Assembly: GCA_039091855.1 (NCBI GenBank)
Contig: JAWCLA010000023.1
Span: forward strand, 1 to 11,977
Direction: 5' to 3'
DNA from: Candidatus Aenigmatarchaeota archaeon
GTDB lineage: Archaea > Aenigmatarchaeota > Aenigmatarchaeia > QMZP01
Length of the DNA: 11,977 nucleotides
How positions within the stretch are numbered: position 1 is the stretch's first letter; each line of letters begins with the position of its first letter. This document shows positions 5,236 through 11,977 of this stretch, in pieces. The notes under the pieces were generated by a model, which was not told where the DNA came from, searched no databases, and was given only the letters and a program-made list of their open reading frames with translations. The position numbers and the translations under genes were made by a program.

Positions 5236-7731
5236 TTACACAATGAATTCCTTCCAGTTGACCTTTCCTGAATCAGACTTGGACGGGTCAACGCCATCCT
5301 CCCCTGCAACAAACTGTATAATCTGGTTGTTTGAGTTTCTCACGCTCCTGTCGTGAGCTACCTTAAGATCCTGCAAGGCGTTTATCAGCCTTCTTTGCAT
5401 GTATCCGGACTTCCTTGTCCTGAGCGACTTGTCCATAAGCCCTTCCCTGCCATTCATTATGTTCCAGAAAAGCTCGAAAGGGTTCAGCCCGTCCTTGAAA
5501 CCCCTTGAAACAAAACCGTGGGACATTGGTGAAAGGTCGCCCGGGACTATGTGAGGAAGCGTCCTGTTTAGGTATCCTCTCTTTATCCTCTTGCCGAGTA
5601 TTGTTTCCTGCCCGACAACTGCAGCCATCTGCGTTGTGTTTATCATAGAGCCCTTTGCTCCGGATTTTGCCATAACTATTATGTCGCTTGCCTTAATGTG
5701 CTCTGAAACTATGTCACTCACCCTGCTGACGCCTGAGGCAAGGGCATTCATTATCTGTGCCTCAAGAGAAGCCTCTGCTGTCATGCCGGGAAGTATCTTC
5801 AATTCGTTCCTTCTGAACTTCTGTATGAGAAGGTTTGCCTCCCTTTCAGAGGTTTTAATTTCCTCTTGTATACTTTTCCTTATCTGTGGGTCAATGTCAA
5901 GGTCGGAAATTCCCATAGAGAATCCCCTTCGCATAATGAATGCTATTCCTAGTCTTCCGCATTTGTCTATGAAGTTCTTGACCTCTTCCTTGTCAGCATA
6001 AATACCGTCAATCTTGCTGATTATCTTTCCCTTGAAGGCGCCAACGCCCTTTGCATCTATCGCGCCTGTTTTAACCTCACCGTCTTTTATTATAACCCAG
6101 GCGTCATGCTCGCATGCCGACCTCTTGCATTCCTCGCAATTCTCGCAACAGTTTGCCTTGTATTCTATGTTAAGGCCCTTTGGAAGCAGAAGGGAAAAAA
6201 CCTCCTTTCCCGTGAATTCCTCCTTTTCAGGAAGCTCTATGTCTATTCCTGCGTCTGCAAAGAGCTGACTAGCATCTTCTCTTGATAAAACCACGCCTTT
6301 CCTTGTGAGAAGGAATATTCCTGAAATCTGGTCGAGGTCAAGCCCTACAACAGGCATACCTGATCTCGGCGACCTTATGTTGTGCTTCACGTCCATAAGC
6401 ATTTCTGCCTCCACTCTTGCTTCCTCTGTCTGCATTGCGTGAAGGTTCATTTCATCCCCGTCGAAATCTGCATTGTAAGGAGGACACACGCTTGGGTTAA
6501 GCCTGAAAGTCTTGTAGGGCATAACCTTTACCCTGTGAGCCATCATAGAAACCCTGTGAAGTGAAGGTTGCCTGTTGAAAAGAACTATATCACCATCCAT
6601 TATTTGTCTGTCAGCAATCCAGTCTTTTGTTATGTTTTCTGCGATGTCCTTCCTGTTTTCCTCTGTTATCTTTATCCTTCTACCGTCAGGTCTAAGGACA
6701 TAATTAACCTTTCCTGCCCTTATCATCTCCTTTACCTGTTTTAGATTAACGTTTGTGACATACTCCGGTATTGTGAGCTCCTGCGCGATCGTTTCAGGAA
6801 CTCCCACCTCATTTATCGATATTCTCGGGTCAGGGGATATCACCGTCCTTGCGGAGAAGTTTACCCTCTTTCCGAGAAGGTTTCCCCTTATTCTGCCTTC
6901 CTTTGCCTTCAGGCGCTGTATTATCCCCTTTAGCGGCCTTCCTGACCTGTGCCTTGCAAGTGGGACCCCTGTCAACTCGTTGTCAAAATAGGTCGAGATG
7001 TGATACTGCACAAGTTCCCACAGGTCGTTAAGTATGAATTCTGGTGCTCCTATGTCTATGTTTTCCTTAAGGGATTGGTTTATTCTTACAAGGTCAACAA
7101 GCTTGTGAGTTAGGTCGTCCTCTGACCTTTCACCACCCTCTAATGTGATTGATGGTCTCATAGTGACAGGAGGTATGGGAAACAAGGTCAGTATGAGCCA
7201 TTCCGGCCTTCCCCCCTTTATTCCTATTGCCTTAAGGTCGCTGTCAGGAATCTTCTCGAACCTCTCCCTTATTTCAAGAGGGGAAAGCTCGCTCTTGTCT
7301 TCATAGAAGATGTAAGGCTTGACGAAATTGATTTTTTTCTGCTGTGCATTGCAGTGCGGACACTTGGAAGGTTGCGTAGAGGAGGGTTTCTTTTTTGAAG
7401 GGGTTTTCACGTTTACTGTCATTATCCTGCCGCACTTCCTGCAGGTGTGCCTGAGAAGGTAGTAAATAACCTTTGTGTAAAGCACGTGAATAACAGGCTT
7501 TGCAAGCTCAAGGTAACCGAAATGCCCGGGACACTCCCCTATCCCACCCCCACAAGTCCTGCAGTGGAATCCTGGGTCTATAACACCCATTCGAAGGTCC
7601 ATAACACCACCTTCAACAGGATAGCCATCTGCGTCATAAAGGTCTGACGTAACTACTCTTACCCTTGCCATGTTCTTTATCATCTCTGGCGACATAAGGC
7701 TGAACTCTATTGACTTTATTCTTGATGACAT
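5236..7731 (-). CDS. rpoA1: DNA-directed RNA polymerase subunit A' (Rpo1N)
   Basis: Catalytic NADFDGD (6474-6454), CRTC...CPGHFG Zn site, RGNLLGKRVNFSARTVISPDP, NRQPSLH and bridge helix ...SGYMQRRLINALQDL. SD GAGGTG at 7744-7739, inside the end of rpoB. Confidence 0.98.
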   Translation of the reverse strand: MSSRIKSIEFSLMSPEMIKNMARVRVVTSDLYDADGYPVEGGVMDLRMGVIDPGFHCRTCGGGIGECPGHFGYLELAKPVIHVLYTKVIYYLLRHTCRKCGRIMTVNVKTPSKKKPSSTQPSKCPHCNAQQKKINFVKPYIFYEDKSELSPLEIRERFEKIPDSDLKAIGIKGGRPEWLILTLFPIPPVTMRPSITLEGGERSEDDLTHKLVDLVRINQSLKENIDIGAPEFILNDLWELVQYHISTYFDNELTGVPLARHRSGRPLKGIIQRLKAKEGRIRGNLLGKRVNFSARTVISPDPRISINEVGVPETIAQELTIPEYVTNVNLKQVKEMIRAGKVNYVLRPDGRRIKITEENRKDIAENITKDWIADRQIMDGDIVLFNRQPSLHRVSMMAHRVKVMPYKTFRLNPSVCPPYNADFDGDEMNLHAMQTEEARVEAEMLMDVKHNIRSPRSGMPVVGLDLDQISGIFLLTRKGVVLSREDASQLFADAGIDIELPEKEEFTGKEVFSLLLPKGLNIEYKANCCENCEECKRSACEHDAWVIIKDGEVKTGAIDAKGVGAFKGKIISKIDGIYADKEEVKNFIDKCGRLGIAFIMRRGFSMGISDLDIDPQIRKSIQEEIKTSEREANLLIQKFRRNELKILPGMTAEASLEAQIMNALASGVSRVSDIVSEHIKASDIIVMAKSGAKGSMINTTQMAAVVGQETILGKRIKRGYLNRTLPHIVPGDLSPMSHGFVSRGFKDGLNPFELFWNIMNGREGLMDKSLRTRKSGYMQRRLINALQDLKVAHDRSVRNSNNQIIQFVAGEDGVDPSKSDSGKVNWKEFIV

Positions 7732-7735
7732 CGGA

Positions 7736-10700
7736 CTACACCTCTTCTGTTACAATCTTCGGGTATATTATCATAGACTTCATCTCGTCAGCAGTCAGCT
7801 TGAACGCGTATGAGGTTTCGACCCACACGATCTCGCTTTCCTTGCAGATTCCGCAGTATGTCTTGTTCTTTACAAAGTCGTGAATTGCAACCAAACCGCA
7901 TTTCCTGCATATCGGTATTTTTGTGGTGTCTGAGTCGAACCTTTCCTTAAGTGCAAGGGCTGCCCCGTGACCAACAAGGCACTGCTGCTCCATCTCACCT
8001 ATCCTCAGTCCTCCCCTCTTTGCCCTTCCTTCAGTTGGCTGCTTCGTAAGAAGGGTGACAGGGCCTCTTGACCTTGCGTGAATCTTGTTTGCAACCATAT
8101 GGTCAAGCTTCATATAGTAGGAAATTCCTGTGAATATCAGGGCCTCATACTTTCTCCCTGTCCTTCCATCATAAAGCGTTTCCTTTCCGTCATCCCTGAA
8201 ACCCATTTTTCTCATCGCCTTTCTTATTTCTCCCTCCTTCATATGCCTGAATGCAGAAGCGTCAATTTTCCTGCCTGATTGGCTTGCCATCTTTCCAGCA
8301 AGCATTTCAAGAAGCTGTCCAACCGTCATTCTCGAAGGTATGGCGTGGGGATTGAATACTATGTCAGGAACTATGCCGCTTGATGTGAACGGCATATCCT
8401 CATGAGGAACAAGAAGGCTTATTACACCCTTTTGCCCGTGTCTTGATGCAAACTTGTCCCCAAGTTCAGGAATCCTGTTGTCCCTTATAACCACCTTGAA
8501 AAGCTGGTTGGCATCTGTTGTCTCGGAGATTATAACCTTGTCAACAACACCCCGCTCCCCGTGCCTTACTGTTATTGATGTTTCCCTCTTGTTTTCTATG
8601 TCGCTGACGAACTCCTCTCCTGAAAGGAACCTTAAAGGAGAGATTTTGCCTATAAGAACGGAGTCAGACTCCACGGGCGTCTCAGGGTTTATTATACCGT
8701 CTTCCCCTATGTCCTTGTAGGCAGAGTCTCCCCTGAAACCCTTTATTGCAGGGTCAGGTATCGCAATCTCGTCTTCCTGTCCTCCCCAGTATTTCTTTTT
8801 AAGAGTCTCGTATGTGCGGAAGTAGAAAGACCTGAACATCCCTCTCTCAACAGAGGACTTGTTCATAACGATTGCGTCATTCATATTGTAACCGTCATAG
8901 CACATTATCGCAATAACTATGTTTTGGCCTTCTGGATAGATTTCCATAATCCTGCTCGCTTTTGTTGTTATAAGTGGTGATTGGGGATATGCAAGGACGT
9001 TGAATTTTGTGTCCACCCTTAGAGGGAAGTTGTTGCACATAAGCCCTATTGACTGACCTACCATCTTTGCGCCGTAGTTTATCCTGTCCCCCCTGTTGTA
9101 TTCAGGATAAGGTATGAGGTTTGCGGATAAACCTGCCATGCTTATTGGGTCTATTTCAACATGGGTGTGGTCCTTTGTTATTTCATCCTTCCATAGTGCA
9201 ATGTAGCTGTTTTCCTCCTCCTCTGCATCAAGGTACTCTACTATACCATGTTGTATCAGGTAGTTCCAGTCTATCTTTCCTTCCTTGATTTTTTCAAGAA
9301 TCTGCTCTGTTATCTTTGGTTTGCCGTTTTCAACAATTATCAGTGGCCTTCTCACCCTTCCGTGTGTGGTGTTTATTCTGACTTCCTGAAGTTGTGGGTA
9401 ATAGGAAACATTCACCTGGTTTGATATCAGGTTCATCCTTCTTTTTCTCTTTATGCTTTCTACAAGCTCGGGAGCGTTCCTTGTTTCCATAATGAAACTT
9501 CCATTGAAGTAAACATCGGCCTTTGCTGAATGTGGAGTTTCATCCTTCGGTTTTTGGGTTTTTACAATTTCAGGCTTCAAATCCATAACAGATTTCATTA
9601 TCATCTCGTTTTCATTCACGTCAAGACCAGGTGTTATCTCAGCCATAAGTGCAAGGTGCTTTCTCAGTCCTATTGCAGAGCCTTCTGGTGTTTCTGCAGG
9701 GCAAATCCTTCCCCACTCTGTTGGATGAATCTGCCTTGCCTTGAAGTGTTCCTGCGTGGAGGTAAGTGGCGAAATGACAGAACGCAGATGGGAAATTGTT
9801 TTTACATAAGAACTCCTGTCAAGGCGCTGGGAAACCCCCGTCCTTCCTCCTATCCAGTTTCCTGTCGCAAGAGAGGAAAGAATCTGCTTTGTCACCGCGT
9901 TTGCCTCTATTATTCCCTGAATGGATGAGTGCTTCCCCCTTTTTACAAGCTTCTGGTAATTGTAGTTCATCTTTGCAAGCATACCCCATCTTCCGAGAAG
10001 TATTGAGCGGAAAAGCTGGCCTAAAAGCTCTCCTGACATCAGCAGCCTCTTGTTTCCATAGTGATCTATGTCATCCTCAGGAATCATGTTTATTCCTAGC
10101 ATTATCGTCTTTCTCACAACCTTTGCGAGGAATTTTGCCTTCTCAATCCTGTTCTTTGGTTCCTGACCTATGTGAGGAAGAAGATACCTGTCAAGGATTT
10201 GGGCTACTCTCTCTTCCTTGTAGTCCTCTGATACCTTCAGCTTCTTTCCGAGAACTTTTATCGCCTCGTCCTTTGTGGCAACATCGGTCTGGTAGAGGTT
10301 TATGTAAAGCTCGTTAAGTATTCTTGGCTCGTTAGATATCGCAAAGCATATCTCTTTGTCTGTCTCGAGACCAAGGGATTTCATAAGAATAACTATAGGC
10401 AACCTTCTCAGGTTTGCAAATGATATTGTTATCTCACCGTCAGGTCTCCTCTCTATGACATGCCTCTGCCTGAAGCCAGACCTCTCCGAACTTATCCTTA
10501 CAGAAACCGTGTCCTTTTCTTTCTCAAAAATCGCCTTGTTTGAGGCAATCTCTTCTATCAGAACTAGAACTCTCTCCGTTCCGTTTACTATGAAATACCC
10601 TCCCGGGTCGTTTGGGTCTTCTCCCCTTTCTATAAGCTCCTGCTCGCTTAAGCCAAAGGTCGAGCATATGTTTGACCTCACCATAACAGGCATGTTTCCT

Positions 10701-11032
10701 ATGTGAACTGTTTCTGGCTTCTCCTGTATGCCGTTTATTATCGGGGTTATTTCCACATATACAGGAGCGGCATAAGTGAGGTTCCTTATCCTTGCCTCGT
10801 TTGGGTATATCTGCCTTGTTGAGCCGTCAGCCTCCTTTATTATCGGCTTTCCGACAGAAACCTTTCCGAACTTAAGCTTAAGGTCGCCGACCTCGGGATT
10901 CATTTTTATTGTTCCTATCTCGTCTATTATCTCCTGCATTCCCTGGTCGATGAACCTGTTGAAAGAATCAATCTGGAACTTTACCCAGCCCTTGTCCCTC
11001 TCATACAACTCTATCAGAGATTCGAATGACAT
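7736..11032 (-). CDS. rpoB: DNA-directed RNA polymerase subunit B (Rpo2), unsplit
   Basis: DPGGYFIVNGTERV, CPAETPEG, GYNMNDA, GDKFASRHGQKG, NPHAIPSRMTVGQ, GGLRIGEME and C-terminal CRKC...CGIC Zn ribbon; one 1098-aa frame. Confidence 0.98.
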   Translation of the reverse strand: MSFESLIELYERDKGWVKFQIDSFNRFIDQGMQEIIDEIGTIKMNPEVGDLKLKFGKVSVGKPIIKEADGSTRQIYPNEARIRNLTYAAPVYVEITPIINGIQEKPETVHIGNMPVMVRSNICSTFGLSEQELIERGEDPNDPGGYFIVNGTERVLVLIEEIASNKAIFEKEKDTVSVRISSERSGFRQRHVIERRPDGEITISFANLRRLPIVILMKSLGLETDKEICFAISNEPRILNELYINLYQTDVATKDEAIKVLGKKLKVSEDYKEERVAQILDRYLLPHIGQEPKNRIEKAKFLAKVVRKTIMLGINMIPEDDIDHYGNKRLLMSGELLGQLFRSILLGRWGMLAKMNYNYQKLVKRGKHSSIQGIIEANAVTKQILSSLATGNWIGGRTGVSQRLDRSSYVKTISHLRSVISPLTSTQEHFKARQIHPTEWGRICPAETPEGSAIGLRKHLALMAEITPGLDVNENEMIMKSVMDLKPEIVKTQKPKDETPHSAKADVYFNGSFIMETRNAPELVESIKRKRRMNLISNQVNVSYYPQLQEVRINTTHGRVRRPLIIVENGKPKITEQILEKIKEGKIDWNYLIQHGIVEYLDAEEEENSYIALWKDEITKDHTHVEIDPISMAGLSANLIPYPEYNRGDRINYGAKMVGQSIGLMCNNFPLRVDTKFNVLAYPQSPLITTKASRIMEIYPEGQNIVIAIMCYDGYNMNDAIVMNKSSVERGMFRSFYFRTYETLKKKYWGGQEDEIAIPDPAIKGFRGDSAYKDIGEDGIINPETPVESDSVLIGKISPLRFLSGEEFVSDIENKRETSITVRHGERGVVDKVIISETTDANQLFKVVIRDNRIPELGDKFASRHGQKGVISLLVPHEDMPFTSSGIVPDIVFNPHAIPSRMTVGQLLEMLAGKMASQSGRKIDASAFRHMKEGEIRKAMRKMGFRDDGKETLYDGRTGRKYEALIFTGISYYMKLDHMVANKIHARSRGPVTLLTKQPTEGRAKRGGLRIGEMEQQCLVGHGAALALKERFDSDTTKIPICRKCGLVAIHDFVKNKTYCGICKESEIVWVETSYAFKLTADEMKSMIIYPKIVTEEV

Positions 11033-11100
11033 TTCCCCAGCCCTTATTCTTCAAAGGCCTTTGCCTCAATGGCACATCAGCCTTAACAGTTATATGAGCA

Positions 11101-11343
11101 TTATGATTTCTCTGCAACAATCCTGTAGTAAACAGATTCGCCTGCTGTCTGCGATTTTCTTGTTATCTTTATAAGGTCGCCAGGCTTTGCGCCTATTTTT
11201 TTAACTACAGGGTCTGAATCAAGTATCTTAGGAAGCTGTTTTTCAGACACTTTCATTTTTTCCAAAAGCTCCTTCTTTTCCTTCTGCGAGAGAATCTCGT
11301 GCTTTGGCACGAGCCTGTGTTTGAGTATGTCTATTTCAGGCAT
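11101..11343 (-). CDS. rpoH: DNA-directed RNA polymerase subunit H (Rpo5)
   Basis: HRLVPKHEILS...QLPKILDSDPVVKKIGAKPGDLIKITRKSQTAGESVYYRIV; 80 aa; canonical position before rpoB. Confidence 0.98.
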   Translation of the reverse strand: MPEIDILKHRLVPKHEILSQKEKKELLEKMKVSEKQLPKILDSDPVVKKIGAKPGDLIKITRKSQTAGESVYYRIVAEKS

Positions 11344-11364
11344 ATATATCAGGTTTTAAATGCT

Positions 11365-11769
11365 TTAAAGTTGTGGGGATTTTATTTCCATGTGCTTTAT
11401 GAAACCTGAACCAAGGAAGCTTGATTTTATCTTATCAAGCTGCTTGCTTGAATTCGATATGTCAACTATCATATCCCATTCCGCAACCTTTCCCTTTACT
11501 ATCGACCTTGTCTTGCTCATCAGTATGCTTATTTTGTGCTTTTCAAGCATTTTTGCTATCCCGGCGAGGCTTCCGGGAGAGTCCGTCATCCTTATCTTTA
11601 TCTCTGCTGTGTTGTTTTTCGTTAGAGGCAACAACCTTGCCTCTGATTTTTCGCTGTTTGGAATTATTATTATTTCCGTTCCCTCCTCTATGTCAAGAAT
11701 TTCCCTTATGTGAGAAGGTATGAGTATCCTGCCCTTCGAGTCCATTTTTGTTATGTTTACGTTTCGCAT
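11365..11769 (-). CDS. AbrB/MazE/SpoVT-type DNA-binding protein with C-terminal ACT domain (putative ligand-responsive regulator)
   Basis: N-terminal KMDSKGRILIPSHIREILDIEEGTEI fits the swapped-hairpin signature; C-terminal IRMTDSPGSLAGIAKMLEKHKISI fits the ACT DxPGxLxxI signature. Confidence 0.85.
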   Translation of the reverse strand: MRNVNITKMDSKGRILIPSHIREILDIEEGTEIIIIPNSEKSEARLLPLTKNNTAEIKIRMTDSPGSLAGIAKMLEKHKISILMSKTRSIVKGKVAEWDMIVDISNSSKQLDKIKSSFLGSGFIKHMEIKSPQL

Positions 11770-11786
11770 AAAGGCATCATTTTTAT

Positions 11787-11802
11787 TATATAAACCTGTT
11801 TT
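11787..11802 (-). promoter_or_regulatory. Candidate BRE-TATA for the AbrB-ACT/rpo gene run
   Basis: The - strand reads AAAACAGG-TTTATATA (TATA at 11794-11787). The 17-nt gap to ATG 11769 is somewhat short even for a leaderless mRNA. Confidence 0.45.
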
Positions 11803-11934
11803 AGTCTCCTCGTATGAAATTATGTTTTTATCCAGACGATTTCACCCACTTTTTTCCCACAAAAATAAAACAGAATTATTTAGTGTAATGTATTTAAATA
11901 GTTAACGTTTTTGGCTTTGCCAATTTAACTCTGG

Positions 11935-11971
11935 AAATCTGAGGCATTAGGGATACTTACTGCTCAGATTT
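11935..11971. other. Stem-loop / inverted repeat of unknown role
   Basis: AAATCTGAG(G)CA pairs with TGCTCAGATTT (11 bp, one bulge), followed by one mismatch and TAGG/CTTA closing a GATA loop. Confidence 0.55.
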
Positions 11972-11977
11972 ACTCGA

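Noticed and set aside
6100-6165. Cys cluster CCENCEECKRSACEHD in Rpo1N as a novel metal site
   Set aside because: A similar Cys-rich insertion is, to my recollection, common in archaeal A' subunits, so it is not treated as new.
7736-11032. Unsplit rpoB with split rpoA; possible inteins in the RNAP subunits
   Set aside because: This split pattern is known in several archaeal lineages; subunit lengths leave no room for inteins and no splicing or LAGLIDADG motifs are visible.
11057-11080. Hammerhead-ribozyme-like CUGAUG...stem...AAA in the rpoH-rpoB spacer
   Set aside because: Essential core residues differ (CUGAUGU rather than CUGANGA; AAAG rather than GAAA), and I found no stem I/III with a cleavage triplet.

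Overview
Archaeal core-genome window. Scrambled gene order, divergent RNA polymerase motifs and a Cys-rich 'DCGG' membrane protein suggest a DPANN-type lineage, possibly Aenigmarchaeota-like (inference only). The + strand carries the 3' end of a Cys-rich membrane-anchored protein, a ~545-bp AT-rich gap, a RecJ/Cdc45-like DHH nuclease (GAN-type) whose ~100-aa tail overlaps rps3ae (eS1), and a lone NuoC/group-4-hydrogenase-type subunit. The convergent - strand carries an AbrB+ACT regulator, rpoH, unsplit rpoB, rpoA1, rpoA2 and a displaced rpl6. I saw no rRNA, tRNA, CRISPR array, intein or mobile element, and no clearly new multi-gene system. The most notable signals are substitutions at normally conserved RNAP active-centre motifs in all three large subunits, a histone-H1-like Lys-rich tail on Rpo1C, and the structured, overlapping DHH/rps3ae junction. 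Consensus comparisons are from memory and need a real alignment.
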